A stretch of 64,000 bases of DNA from Candidatus Bathyarchaeia archaeon (GCA_049515895.1 JBEKTQ010000013.1:1-64000); one strand, 5' to 3'; numbered from the stretch's first letter, positions 8,448 through 19,082 are shown. The notes: generated by a model from the sequence alone, not told the origin. Program-made: numbers and translations.

Positions 8448-9581
8448 ATGTCAGAGTTTAAAGAATTAGAGAAAAGCATCATCAGCGTAAAGCAGCTCAA
8501 GAAGTATGTAGACCTAGCTCCTGATGAAGCACAGATGCTGGAAAAAATAATCAGAGTCCATCCTATGCGCATAAGCCCCTATTACATGTCACTTATTGAC
8601 TGGAGCGACCCTGATGATCCAATAAGAAAAATGGCAGTGCCTTCTGTTGAAGAACTAAGCCTTGAAGGGTCCTATGATACAAGTGGAGAAACAGAAAACA
8701 CGATAGTTCCCGGGCTGCAGCATAAGTATTCGGAAACAGCTTTGATTTTAGCTACGAACCAATGTGCAATGTACTGCAGACATTGTTTTAGGAAACGGCT
8801 TGTGGGTTTGCCAAATGAAGAAATCCTGAGGCGTTTTGAGGATGCTGCGGCTTATATTGCAGAGCATCAGGAAATAAACAACGTACTGATCAGTGGAGGA
8901 GACCCGCTTGTGCTTGACAGTACAATCATCAAGAGATTCCTTGAACTTCTGGATAGGATAAAACATATCAGATTCATTAGAATCGGAACCCGTGTTCCAG
9001 TCACTTTCCCAGCGAGGCTTTCTGATTCAAAGCTTCTGGCTATTCTAAAGAAATATTCGAAGAGCGACAAAAGGCTTCATATTGTGACCCATTTTAATCA
9101 CCCTCGAGAAATAACACTTCAGTCTATTGGCGCTGTGAACAATCTGCTTGATGCCGGCGTTCTAGTCAGCGATCAGACTGTTTTGTTGCGCGGAATTAAC
9201 GATAATCCTGACACGCTTGCAACCTTGATGAATGGACTCGTCAGTATTGGTGTGATGCCTTACTATGTCTTTCAATGTCGTCCAGTGAAAAGGGTTAAGC
9301 ATCATTTTCAAGTTCCTTTGTGCGAAGGATCTAGGATAGTGGAAAAAGCAAAAGCAAGCTGCAATGGTATTAGCAAACGCTTCAAGTATATCATGTCACA
9401 CGTAACCGGGAAGCTAGAGATACTTGGCATAATGCACGGAGAGATTTACTTTAAGTATCACGAAGCCAAAGACAGGGAAAACTTAGGAGTCATGTTCAAG
9501 TGCCGAATAGATGAAGCTGCAGGATGGCTTGATGAATTTAGAGATGCAAAATGGCTTTCAGTTTTAGGCGATACAAGCTAG
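8448..9581 (+). CDS. kamA: KamA-family radical SAM protein (lysine 2,3-aminomutase-like)
   Basis: PGLQHKY, CAMYCRHCFRKR, SGGDPL, THFNHP, QTVLLRGINDN. Confidence 0.85.
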   Translation: MSEFKELEKSIISVKQLKKYVDLAPDEAQMLEKIIRVHPMRISPYYMSLIDWSDPDDPIRKMAVPSVEELSLEGSYDTSGETENTIVPGLQHKYSETALILATNQCAMYCRHCFRKRLVGLPNEEILRRFEDAAAYIAEHQEINNVLISGGDPLVLDSTIIKRFLELLDRIKHIRFIRIGTRVPVTFPARLSDSKLLAILKKYSKSDKRLHIVTHFNHPREITLQSIGAVNNLLDAGVLVSDQTVLLRGINDNPDTLATLMNGLVSIGVMPYYVFQCRPVKRVKHHFQVPLCEGSRIVEKAKASCNGISKRFKYIMSHVTGKLEILGIMHGEIYFKYHEAKDRENLGVMFKCRIDEAAGWLDEFRDAKWLSVLGDTS

Positions 9582-9900
9582 CTTCAGAGCGGACACAGAA
9601 TCTTTGCCTATGATCTGTTCTCGAAGCTTACAATTTGAAAAATTTTGGAAACCATTAAGGTCAGAGTAGGGACCATTAGCTACCTCAAACTAATCGCGCC
9701 CGATTTCAAGTCTTAGAAGTGAGTTGTTTAAAGAGATTATCTTTAATTGCGACGGATGGGAAAACAACTCGCTGAATGCAAACGACGTAAATCGAAGGCG
9801 GCTATTCGCGAAAAATCTACTATTCCAAACGGACTGTCCGACTAATTGATAACTAAGATTGCCAATCGATAAGTAAAGCAAGCCCGGCTTGAATCAAAGG

Positions 9901-11526
9901 TTACTCACTCAACTGTTTTCGCAAAATGTTGCTTAAACGGGCTAAAATCTCCTTGGCTGCAGCCGCGTCTGCCTCAACCGATTCAAACGCCAAACCCTTC
10001 GCGCAGCAAGCAGCCGAAACCTTGGATTTAACGGTGTCCTGCCAGAGTTTAGGGTCATTCAGCAAAACGACACTTGCATAAGAGGAGCGTTTAACGTACT
10101 CTGCAGTTTGAGCTGCCACGTAATCTATGGTTTCCAAGTCAATCGGCACCGCAGCCTCATGCTGACTCAGCGGGTAGACCTCGTCAAGCTCTAGCGGAAT
10201 AACCCCGAACGGAGAAGCATAAACGCAAACATGAATTTTCCGCGTCACACCATCACCTAACCCTCGGAAAAGCTGCTTAATCTTCTTGAACTCGGGCGCT
10301 TTATGGAATGGTTTATTTCTTGTCTGGGGTACGAGGAAAAGAACTCTGGCATCTTTTGGAGGATCATATCGTCCGGCTAAGAGTTTACGGTAATGAGTGA
10401 TTTCGGGACGCACGAGCCCGACTGAATCAAAATAGAAAAATCCGCTGCTTTTAACCGTTGGACTGTACGATTCAAGGAAGTCGGCGTGATTGCGGAGTTT
10501 TTTGAGGGCGGAAAGCAGTGCAGGGTGACCGTGGACTCGCATTTCCGTGTGCTCCCATAGCCGGCCATCCCTGATGGCTTGTTTAATGCTCTTGAGTTCC
10601 GCCATGCAAACGTAAAGGTTGTGTTCAGCTAAGAAAACCTCCCGCTCCTCCTTCGGCTTTTCCAACAAGTTCTTCGGCGTTTCCGTTGAGCATCGAGGAC
10701 AGCAACAAGGAAAATAATCAAGTTCTCCAAGTCGCCACGTACCGTTCTCAGTCATATAACGATCTTCGCGAGCGTATAATGCGTAAGCAGCTGAATCGAA
10801 AAGGTCGCATCCAAGTGCTATGGCCAATGAGAACATGGATGGGTGTCCTGCGCCGAATAGGTGGAGCGGACGGTCGATTGGTAAACCTTTCTTGGCCGTT
10901 AAGATCATGTCTGCCAAGACATCGTAGCGGTAGCTTTGCATCACTTCCGTGGGGCTTCCCAACGCGTGGATTTGGAAGGGAAGTTTCGCCATTTCTGCTA
11001 CTGATTTAGCCACCAGATCAAGGTGTTTTCCACCCTGTACGGGTCCAACCCACAAAATGTCGTCCCGTGTCTTGACTTTGAAGAAGTCTTTTGCCCTATT
11101 CAAGGTTTCATCCACGGTGGTTTGCGCTTGTTCTTTGGTTATTTTCCAGCCTGTCGGTATGTCAAGCATGGTGGCAATGTCGCTACCGATGCCTTCCTGA
11201 TAAGCCACGATTTCTTTCTGGCTTACCTCGACTCCGCCATAGACAAGAATTTGATAGGCTCCTGAATCAGTCATGACGACGCCATCGTAGTCTAGAAACT
11301 TGTGTAGGCCTTCTTCAACGACTTTGTTGCCGTAACTTTTTCTGAGTATGTAAGAGTTAGTTATGATTGCTTCGAACCCGAATGTTTTCTTGAGTCTCTT
11401 CGGCGGCACAAGTTGGATACTGGGATTTATCACCGGGTATAGGAGTGGAGTTTCCACTGTTGCGCTTTTGGTTTTCAGTTTACCTATTCTTCCGAGCAAG
11501 TCCTTCTGCTTTATTTCGAAACTCAA
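9901..11526 (-). CDS. tgtA: Archaeosine tRNA-guanine(15) transglycosylase
   Basis: DLLGRIG, MTDSGAYQ, LDIPT, HLFGAGHP, DLFDSAAY, CCCPRC zinc site; no obvious C-terminal PUA domain. Confidence 0.93.
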   Translation of the reverse strand: MSFEIKQKDLLGRIGKLKTKSATVETPLLYPVINPSIQLVPPKRLKKTFGFEAIITNSYILRKSYGNKVVEEGLHKFLDYDGVVMTDSGAYQILVYGGVEVSQKEIVAYQEGIGSDIATMLDIPTGWKITKEQAQTTVDETLNRAKDFFKVKTRDDILWVGPVQGGKHLDLVAKSVAEMAKLPFQIHALGSPTEVMQSYRYDVLADMILTAKKGLPIDRPLHLFGAGHPSMFSLAIALGCDLFDSAAYALYAREDRYMTENGTWRLGELDYFPCCCPRCSTETPKNLLEKPKEEREVFLAEHNLYVCMAELKSIKQAIRDGRLWEHTEMRVHGHPALLSALKKLRNHADFLESYSPTVKSSGFFYFDSVGLVRPEITHYRKLLAGRYDPPKDARVLFLVPQTRNKPFHKAPEFKKIKQLFRGLGDGVTRKIHVCVYASPFGVIPLELDEVYPLSQHEAAVPIDLETIDYVAAQTAEYVKRSSYASVVLLNDPKLWQDTVKSKVSAACCAKGLAFESVEADAAAAKEILARLSNILRKQLSE

Positions 11527-11707
11527 TATGAAACCTAAACAAGAGTCACGGCTCGCCTATAAAAAAACACTAGCCTACAAAGTATCTACGCGCACATAAC
11601 CCAAGAGTAATTACGTTCGCTCATGGCTTTTCAGTTGTCCTAAAGCTAGCTTTAAGCTTAACGGTAAGTAGCGAGCAAGATAGAGACTTTTCCACACAAT
11701 CTGATTT

Positions 11708-11731
11708 GGGTTCAAATCCCGCCCGTTCCAC
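11708..11731 (+). pseudogene. Isolated tRNA 3'-end fragment (T-arm plus acceptor strand)
   Basis: gggttcaaatcccgcccgttccac with no matching 5' half upstream. Confidence 0.5.
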
Positions 11732-12061
11732 GAAATGCGTTTTAACCTATTTTGGAAATAGGATTTGATTAAATAACTAAGCGAGTCCCATCGGACCCGA
11801 ACCTTGTCTAGTATGGGTCTCTATGGGAATTTGGCTCCAAATGAGGTTGAAGCTTGGCTTCAGAGGTCGAGAAACCATTCCGTTTTCCACTAACGTCCAT
11901 TAGCATAATGCTCTGCCTGAAGAGGGTATACAACAGGTTTTAGAGCGCAGAGAAGGGCATCATCTCAACGGACGTTTATAAGCGCTTGTGTAATGATTTG
12001 TAAGAAGAAGAATTTGCCTGCGTCATTTTTCTGTCAGCTAAGACGGTTTAGAACTCAAAAT

Positions 12062-12190
12062 AAGCCCGGTTAGCGAATGCCAAGACCCGAGGCCTCCCCC
12101 CAAAATTACACAAAACTGTGTAATGGCCATGAGTGTTTTCGCTCTACCTGGCATCTAGGCGGAAAACCGTCAACCCCGGCGAGTCACCAA
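12062..12190. ncRNA. Candidate structured non-coding RNA
   Basis: GC-rich island in an intergenic gap; hairpins attacaca-aaac-tgtgtaat and gttttcgc...gcggaaaac; partially complementary ends. Confidence 0.35.
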
Positions 12191-12307
12191 TGGACTTATT
12201 TTTATTGTCGATTTTAGCCCTGTACTTAGCCTATTATTAGGCTCATCAAATGTCAGCATCCTTATATCGCAAAGTTTGTCTATAATTGACAAACGAGATG
12301 TTAAACC

Positions 12308-13060
12308 TTGGTTTGCTCCATCGACATCAGCGAAAAACCCAAACTAAACGACCCGATCCTCATTGAAGGACTACCCGGCATAGGATTCGTAGCAAACATC
12401 GCCGCTTTGCACCTTATAAAACAGCTTAAAGCCACACGGTTCATACAAATATTTTCCTCCTCCTTCCAAGATTTCGCGGTAACGACAGGGGACGGCAAGG
12501 CGCTCTCGCCTACAAATGAACTCTACTATGCAAAAATGGGGAACGGCGGTCGTGACTTGATTATCTGGTACGGCAACACTCAGGCGCTGACGACTGTTGG
12601 GCAATATGAGCTTGTCGGCAAAGTGCTTGATTTAGCTCAAGAGTTTGGCTGCCGCTTTGTAATTTCAATCGGCGGCTTCAAGAAAGATGAGGCGCAACCC
12701 GTGCCTGGAATTTACAGCACAGCCACAGACTTAGATACGATGCAGGAAGCCCTTAATTTAGGAACGAAAGTGATGGTGGGACACGTTTTCGGCATTGCTG
12801 GATTATCGATAGGCTTAGCCAGGGTTAGGGACATGAAAGGCTTCTCTTTGCTAGTCGACACGCCGGGTATGAACCCTGACGTGAACGCTGCACGCTACGC
12901 GTTGACTACTCTTGGAAAATACTTGAATCTAAACATTGACTTGTCTGGGCTTGAAGAAACCGGCGGCGAAATCAAGAAAATCTTAGAATCATTTGGCATC
13001 ATTAGAAGCATTACAGAAGAAAAGAAGAAAGAAGAGGAGCAACTGCGCTGGTTTATTTAG
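12308..13060 (+). CDS. PAC2-family proteasome assembly chaperone
   Basis: PILIEGLPGIGFVANIAA, ISIGG, PDVNAA. Confidence 0.88.
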   Translation: MVCSIDISEKPKLNDPILIEGLPGIGFVANIAALHLIKQLKATRFIQIFSSSFQDFAVTTGDGKALSPTNELYYAKMGNGGRDLIIWYGNTQALTTVGQYELVGKVLDLAQEFGCRFVISIGGFKKDEAQPVPGIYSTATDLDTMQEALNLGTKVMVGHVFGIAGLSIGLARVRDMKGFSLLVDTPGMNPDVNAARYALTTLGKYLNLNIDLSGLEETGGEIKKILESFGIIRSITEEKKKEEEQLRWFI

Positions 13061-13479
13061 GGTTTAACTTCACTCATGAACTGATCGTAAACTTTTTGCA
13101 CTCGGTCGGCAGCTGGACCTGAACCTTCAATAACGCCCTTTTCCGTTAGCTTCACTTTGTCCATAACCCAGATGAAACCCTTGTCGTCGTATAGTTTAAC
13201 CATAGTGGGGAAGACTTTTTCGAGTCTTGTAGCTAAGGCTTTGAGGTCGAAGGGTTTTTCCGCGCTTGATATTTGAATAATCGCGCTTCCGTTCAGGAAA
13301 AGCCTGTGAAGTGTTTTTCCAGCTTCGTCCTTCGCGTCAGCTAAGCAGAGACTCATGTTGTCTGGGTTGATGCCGATGAGTGTGCCGTTGAACGTTTTTC
13401 CGTTAGTTGTCGCTACAGAAACCGTTTTATCCGTAAGTAATGAGACTTCATTGAAATACTTTCTTTGTGCTACAGACAA
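13057..13479 (-). CDS. SmAP3-type Lsm RNA-binding protein (Sm domain plus C-terminal domain)
   Basis: Sm1 VSVATTNGKTFNGTLIGI, Sm2 LFLNGSAIIQI, C-terminal VEG/IEGSGPAADRV-type motif; TTG start after GGAG. Confidence 0.85.
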   Translation of the reverse strand: MSVAQRKYFNEVSLLTDKTVSVATTNGKTFNGTLIGINPDNMSLCLADAKDEAGKTLHRLFLNGSAIIQISSAEKPFDLKALATRLEKVFPTMVKLYDDKGFIWVMDKVKLTEKGVIEGSGPAADRVQKVYDQFMSEVKP

Positions 13480-13774
13480 GTTTATTTTCTCCTTATTGAT
13501 ACGAGGATGCACTTCCAGTATTTATCTTTAATATACCAGACAAACCAGAAAACGATTGCAAGCTTGTATTTTCGCAAAAGCAACATTAGTTGAAAACAGA
13601 GCCATGCGCCAGTTCAAAATGCATGCCAAACTAAAGCAAATCAAGCAACCGTCAATCATCCTCTTGGAAGCTTTGGGGCCTTGGCATCCTCCGTGAGACA
13701 TTACAGAGGAAACCTTAAAGAATCAAGATTCGCTTGAAATACAGTGTTTATGTTGAAATCGAGGAAGATGCACT

Positions 13775-14017
13775 ATTAGCCCAAAAAAACGAGCCCCAAG
13801 AAACGCAAAAAACCGCGGTAGAGGTTTTGGTTACCCATTCGAAATTGGAGACGAATACGAGGTAGAAGTGGAACAGATGAGTCCAAACGGTGAAGGTATC
13901 GCCAAAATCAAAGACTTTCTAGTCTTCATCGCTAACGCAAAACTCAACGAACATCTAAGAATAAAGATAACGCATCTAGAAAGCGGTTGCGCAGACGCCC
14001 AAATAGTCACTCAATAG
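13775..14017 (+). CDS. TRAM-domain RNA-binding protein (not in ORF track; probable ATT start)
   Basis: PFEIGDEYEVEVEQMSPNGEGIAKIKDFLVFIANAKLNEHLRIKI is a typical archaeal single TRAM domain. Confidence 0.85.
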   Translation: MSPKKRAPRNAKNRGRGFGYPFEIGDEYEVEVEQMSPNGEGIAKIKDFLVFIANAKLNEHLRIKITHLESGCADAQIVTQ

Positions 14018-14039
14018 AGCCTCACCGATGACCTCCAGG

Positions 14040-14633
14040 TCATTTTTTGCGCGCTCGATTGAAGTCGCTAAAGAGCTTTAATTCTTCATCTGTTACTCCT
14101 GCATTACGCAACTTGGCGATACACGCTTGGTATTGTTTTTCGCTGGACACGGCAGGCTTAATGTTTTCTTCAAGTTTTGTTGAGCCCCCAGTTTTTCCGA
14201 CGAAGTGGTAGCTTTCTTTGCAAGGTTTCCCTTTTTTCAGGGCGGTGTGCTGTTTCTTGAACCGATTGAGGGGCGGGCAGTCTTGGGTTTGCATGCCGAA
14301 GGCGGTTTTGGGAAAGAGACGGCAGCCGCCGGGTCGAATTTCGTAAATGGAGCACGCCATGTTGAATAGGAAAGGGCAGGGAGTATGCCTGACGTAATCG
14401 TCGTATTTTGCTTCGCTTGCATCCCATATTTTGCCCAGTTCATCGAAGAGGGCTTTTATTTTGGCGAGGACTTCAGGGTGCTCTTCGGGTTGGGCATCGA
14501 TTTCTCCAGCAGTCAGGAAATCATCTAGCGTGCAGCAGACACCGCATTTGGTGCACAAAAAAGGCAAGTTAATTGACCACCCACCGTTTTTGTCTGCGAA
14601 GTCTAGATGCAGATAAAACGTGTCAACCATCAA
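14040..14633 (-). CDS. YkgJ-family cysteine cluster protein
   Basis: FLCTKCGVCC ... CPFL ... CSIYEIRPGGCRLFP. Confidence 0.85.
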   Translation of the reverse strand: MMVDTFYLHLDFADKNGGWSINLPFLCTKCGVCCTLDDFLTAGEIDAQPEEHPEVLAKIKALFDELGKIWDASEAKYDDYVRHTPCPFLFNMACSIYEIRPGGCRLFPKTAFGMQTQDCPPLNRFKKQHTALKKGKPCKESYHFVGKTGGSTKLEENIKPAVSSEKQYQACIAKLRNAGVTDEELKLFSDFNRARKK

Positions 14634-14778
14634 TATTCAACAATGTATAACAGTTCCGTTTGCAGTTTTCAACCTTTCGACCTAGATAGAAAAGTCGATT
14701 CCCAAACCTTTCAGAGGATGACCAAAAAACAAAAAGAAGGAAGTTGAGTTTGGGTCAAGCTCTTATCTTTCTCGCTGC

Positions 14779-15414
14779 TTAACCGGTGGGTCCCACGAAC
14801 AGTGAGTCTGGAAGCGAGGGATTGATTTTGATGTTGGTGAATGCGGCTTTGTCTCCTGCATTTGGTTGTCCACTTGGTATCGTATAAGTAAAGCTTCCCG
14901 AACCGCCCCAACCCTCGAGCATGTTTACATATACTCCTGCGGATGATTTCACGGTTGGCGAGATATCTGCGTAGCTGGTGGAAATGTCGGTCCATTGTCC
15001 GTTCACGTATGCCCATGCCTTCTGCTCGCCTCCGTTTATTATGTAAATAAGGGTGCCGCTCGAAGGCGTGGACGCTACCTCATATAGATCTACGTTAGAT
15101 GTACCAAGATTCTTTGCAGCATAATATAACGTGTCAAGTACGGTTCCATTTGGAGCAGTGCCAGTCTCGTTGAACTCGTAGCTGGTTGCAGTCTTTATTT
15201 TGCCAGTCGAGGTTGAGGCGGGTGAAGCTGTAGGTGTTGTAGCTGAAGAAGGTTTAGGTGAAGGGGTTGCAGAGGTGCTTGGGTTGGTTCCGCTGCCACG
15301 TGTAGCCAAATAGACGCCTACTCCCACGACAACAACTGCGATAATAATTATAACCACGATAATTAACGCGCTTATCCCTTGCATGCTTTTTCTATTTGTT
15401 TTTCTTTCGTACAT
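14779..15414 (-). CDS. Membrane-anchored secreted protein with class III (pilin-like) signal peptide candidate
   Basis: RKSMQG-ISALIIVVIIIIAVVVVGVGVY, then S/T/P linker and C-terminal LPDSLF. Confidence 0.65.
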   Translation of the reverse strand: MYERKTNRKSMQGISALIIVVIIIIAVVVVGVGVYLATRGSGTNPSTSATPSPKPSSATTPTASPASTSTGKIKTATSYEFNETGTAPNGTVLDTLYYAAKNLGTSNVDLYEVASTPSSGTLIYIINGGEQKAWAYVNGQWTDISTSYADISPTVKSSAGVYVNMLEGWGGSGSFTYTIPSGQPNAGDKAAFTNIKINPSLPDSLFVGPTG

Positions 15415-15605
15415 TTTTTAGCTCCTCATAAAAATCATTTACTTTTTAATGCGGCTAGTCTCGAGTATTTCACGTTCCTGAAAAACGCCCGACACTACCA
15501 CTAGTAACTATGCGCTAATTTGGTTAATTACTTATGTTGCTGTCAAGCAGCAGTCACAAGACATCCAACACGCGCTTAATTAAGGATTGAGACAGCGTGT
15601 GCCTC

Positions 15606-16457
15606 TTAACGTATTTTGCTTGGCTTAAAGGCTTGTTTGACGTCCTCAAGCTTTGACCCCAAGATTTCTATGTTGTCAATGTTGCCTAAGCCTTTCTCGG
15701 CGGCAGTCCGGATATGATTGATTTCTTTGGGGTCAAATCCCATGGCTCTGGCGGCTGTTGCATCGGTGGCGACAACATCTTTTCCCGCGATTATCAGGTC
15801 CATTTTAACGGGTGTGCCGTCGGTTGGGCCTCTGCCCTCCATTGCAACGAACCCATCGATCACAGTCAGAACGGGTTTTATTACTGTGTTGATGTCGACT
15901 ACGACTTTGCTTATGCCGTTCATATGGAATTTTCCCTTGAACTTGTCAGGAAGCAGCCCAAACATGTTTTTCATGCCCAATGTGACTTTGGTTGCCATGT
16001 GAGTCTTAAGTTTTGCAGCGCTGATTACGGCGGATTCAGTAACGATGCGTGGCACCGTGATGCTGCTGAGGGTTTCATAGTCAGGGATGGGAATTTTGAC
16101 TTTGTCTTTTTCGTAGCGTAAATTGAGGAATTTGACTTCGTTGCGTTCGCACATCTCCTTCATGCCTGTGGCTTCGTAGGCTTTGTCAGCGTTCGTCATT
16201 GTTGCGTCGGATTCAACGACGTAAACTTCAAGTGGCAACTTTTTGAGGCGCAGGATTATGGCTTCAACCACCATGGGGTCTGTTGTGGCTCCGCTGTCCC
16301 AGGTTTTGGTAGTTATGAAGTTGACTTTTATGAGCGCGCGACTGTACCCAGCCAAGGCTGATTTGTAATCGATTAGGTCCAAGGCTTTCCAAACGGGTTC
16401 GTGCCCCCGCTCACCCTTAACAAGTGCGACACATGACTTATCCACTGCATACACCAC
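15606..16457 (-). CDS. DUF362 domain protein
   Basis: LIKVN, ATTDP, AKLKTH, TLGMKNMFG, IDGFVAMEGRGP, DVVATD. Confidence 0.85.
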   Translation of the reverse strand: MVYAVDKSCVALVKGERGHEPVWKALDLIDYKSALAGYSRALIKVNFITTKTWDSGATTDPMVVEAIILRLKKLPLEVYVVESDATMTNADKAYEATGMKEMCERNEVKFLNLRYEKDKVKIPIPDYETLSSITVPRIVTESAVISAAKLKTHMATKVTLGMKNMFGLLPDKFKGKFHMNGISKVVVDINTVIKPVLTVIDGFVAMEGRGPTDGTPVKMDLIIAGKDVVATDATAARAMGFDPKEINHIRTAAEKGLGNIDNIEILGSKLEDVKQAFKPSKIR

Positions 16458-16735
16458 TTTCCATAAGCCAGAGTCACCTTAACCTTTATAACCTTTCACT
16501 AAAACAAAAAGCAACAATTTCTGGTGAAAACGAGCCGCGACGGATACTTTGGTTGCGATTTGTCTGCGGTTGAGAATCTGACTTGCACGTTGAAAAGATG
16601 GCTCTAGTGAGTGGATCGGTCAAGTTGCCCTTAGAAGCCTCTATGCTGGTGGGGCTGATATTTTGACTGTCTGCGCAACAATTGCCGCTGAAGGTTGATT
16701 GTTTAGGTTGGACTGGGTTGTGAGTTATTTTGGTG

Positions 16736-16784
16736 TGGTGGAAAATCCGGCAAATTTGTTCTTTGCGTTTTGGGTTGCTTTCTT
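16736..16784. repeat. Dispersed intergenic repeat, copy 1
   Basis: Shares aatttgtt[c/g]tttgcgttttgggttgcttt (29 bp, 1 mismatch) with 26362-26390. Confidence 0.7.
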
Positions 16785-16814
16785 GTGGAGAAGCTTGGAT
16801 CAGCTGCAGGTTGC

Positions 16815-16930
16815 GTCTCCTATCGTCTCCTAAAGTCTCCTATCGTCCACCATCGTCTGCCAAAGTCTCCCAAAGTCTCCTAAAGTCCGCCATCGTCTGG
16901 TAAAGTCTCCTAAAGTCCTAACGTCAACAA
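16815..16930. repeat. Degenerate 10-bp tandem repeat array (10 full and 2 partial units)
   Basis: gtctcctatc gtctcctaaa gtctcctatc gtccaccatc gtctgccaaa gtctcccaaa gtctcctaaa gtccgccatc gtctggtaaa gtctcctaaa gtcctaac gtcaacaa. Confidence 0.9.
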
Positions 16931-17310
16931 AATTTAATAGGCGGCCACCACCGTCAAAATAGGCTGATTCAAAAAAAATCCGGAAAGATCGCAAACGCAA
17001 GAAGCCTCCAGAAGCGTTAGCTGATGTTTCTTGACCCAGAAACTCTGCTCTTTCAGTTGCTTTTTGTGCTTGGAGCTTGGATCGCATGCAGATTGCATCT
17101 AAAAATCTCCCTAAATCTCTGTAATCTCCGGTTTGTCCTACAAAAATCAACTAGAGAAGAATTAAGTGTGCCTCTTGACCAACAGGTAACTTTCAAAGCA
17201 CCATTACGCAAGCGCAGTCGCCTGAAGGTTCCAAAACTCATGCGGAGTCAGTTCAAACTGGAAAAAAATTAAAGCGGAAAAGAGAGAGCAACCGCGCGCA
17301 CTTAAACGGT

Positions 17311-18771
17311 TCATTCTATTTGCCGGACTTTGCGTTTCGCTATTGCCGAGAAGCCTTTGTAGAATTCTTTGGTTATTTGCTGGTACCATTTGCCTGAAAA
17401 CGACAAATCAATCAAGGAGTCAACCCAGCGGAAGTCCCGTTCAGCGCATTGAATCAGCAGCTTTTTGTGCAGTTCGTTGAGCTTGGTTCTCGTAAACCAA
17501 TCCTCGCTTGTCAGATGCCCCAGCGGGACAAAGAATAGGGGCACGATGAGGCTGCGCATATCTTTGAGGTCATCCACTAAATCCATTGTTTTAAGGATGT
17601 CTGATTCCTGCTCGTCAGGCAAACCCACGATTATTGTGCATGCTGGAACAAGCATGTTGTCATGAGCTACCCCCATGCCTTGAACTACAACATCGTGCCA
17701 GTTGTCAGCGCTAAAAGGGTGAGCTTTCGCAGGCATGATTTTCTTCGCTATTTCAGGCGAGCCAGTTTCTATGCCTATTTCAGCGCCCCACCAATTTTGA
17801 TTTTGCAAGATAAGCTCCGACAGTTTTGAGAGGAGCCTGGGATTTGACGCCACAGCCGCAAGGGAGCAGTGACTCCAGCTCAGGTCCGTGCACCGCTTCG
17901 TTACTAGTTCATGCAATTGGACAAGTTTCTCTTCGTCAGGCATCGTGTTTTTGGAGCCATAAAGCATGACGTCCTCCGAGTGAAGACAAACCCCAGTGTT
18001 TCCAGCGTCCATGTTAACCTTCATTTCACGATTAATCTTTTCAATGGGGTACCAACGCAACGGCCTTAACGTGACGTTGCAGAACTGGCAACCTCTACAG
18101 CAACCCCTCCCAATCTCAACCAAACCGTTAATCGACGGAGAAACAATATCGGGAATCTCATCTAAAGTAGGAGTTTCGCCGACTCCGGTTTCGTAATGCC
18201 TCGGAATCTCTTGCCCTTCGATGACCGCCTTAAAAATTTTCCCAACTACGTTTTCCCCCTCGCCTTCAATGATGCAATCAATTCCTAAGTCCTTAACGGC
18301 TTTTTCACGGTAATGGAACTGCCATGCACCAGGTCCGCCGACAATCACTTTGCAACCGTTTTGTTTTGCTTTTTGGACCGCGGGACTTCTCATTAAAGCG
18401 TGAAAGTGCTTTGCGAGGTACGGTTCCTTCTTGAAAATGGCTGCAAGGGTCGAGGAGGCTGGACCTAACCCGAACGGGTCCATCGTGTGAATTCCAAGGA
18501 TTTTTGCGTCTTTTAGATGGCTGCCTAATCGGTTTGGGCTTACCGTTTCCACTTGGAAGCCTTCTTTGAGAAGTTGAGCTTCAGTTTTTCTCAATCCGTA
18601 CGGAGCCGCTAACGGGTGGCCTTTGTTTGATTTCAAAGGCGGAAAGAAAAGGTAGCTGTAGAGCCATTCGGGAATAAAATTTGGAGGGGCACATGTACCG
18701 AATCCCAAGAATTCGTTGCTGTGATAATTGCTCATTAAGGTTCTATCAGCAGTTAAAACTACGTCTGTTAT
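17311..18771 (-). CDS. B12-binding-domain radical SAM protein (paralog of 51766..53271; probable ATA start)
   Basis: DVVLTADRTLMSNY, APYGLRK, VEIGRGCCRGCQFC. Confidence 0.85.
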   Translation of the reverse strand: MTDVVLTADRTLMSNYHSNEFLGFGTCAPPNFIPEWLYSYLFFPPLKSNKGHPLAAPYGLRKTEAQLLKEGFQVETVSPNRLGSHLKDAKILGIHTMDPFGLGPASSTLAAIFKKEPYLAKHFHALMRSPAVQKAKQNGCKVIVGGPGAWQFHYREKAVKDLGIDCIIEGEGENVVGKIFKAVIEGQEIPRHYETGVGETPTLDEIPDIVSPSINGLVEIGRGCCRGCQFCNVTLRPLRWYPIEKINREMKVNMDAGNTGVCLHSEDVMLYGSKNTMPDEEKLVQLHELVTKRCTDLSWSHCSLAAVASNPRLLSKLSELILQNQNWWGAEIGIETGSPEIAKKIMPAKAHPFSADNWHDVVVQGMGVAHDNMLVPACTIIVGLPDEQESDILKTMDLVDDLKDMRSLIVPLFFVPLGHLTSEDWFTRTKLNELHKKLLIQCAERDFRWVDSLIDLSFSGKWYQQITKEFYKGFSAIAKRKVRQIE

Positions 18772-19082
18772 TGCCCCTTCACCACCTTTGATTGAAATCC
18801 TTAAAGGTACTGAGTCTAGAAAGAATGGGGCAGATATAACTTTATTGCTAACTCCGTTGAGGCAGATATTGATTAATTTGCCCAAAAAATCACTGTTGGT
18901 TCAGACAGCGTAAAGACAACGATCCTGTTAAAGAGGGGTTACTAATCGTGCTCAATAGAGCAACTTTGTCAACTTCTAAAAAGCGATTTTTTACATAAAT
19001 CAGGGGATTTAGCCCTTTTATTAGGAAAATCTATATGAAGGTATTACTTATTTTATTGAAACACTCACGGGGGAAGGATTAT

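Noticed and set aside
16815-16930. CRISPR array
   Set aside because: Units are contiguous 10-mers with no unique spacers, and no intact cas genes are present in the window
16830-17272. ORFs 16830..17150 and 17024..17272 as real genes
   Set aside because: No recognisable motifs, and the 10-bp repeat period is not a multiple of three
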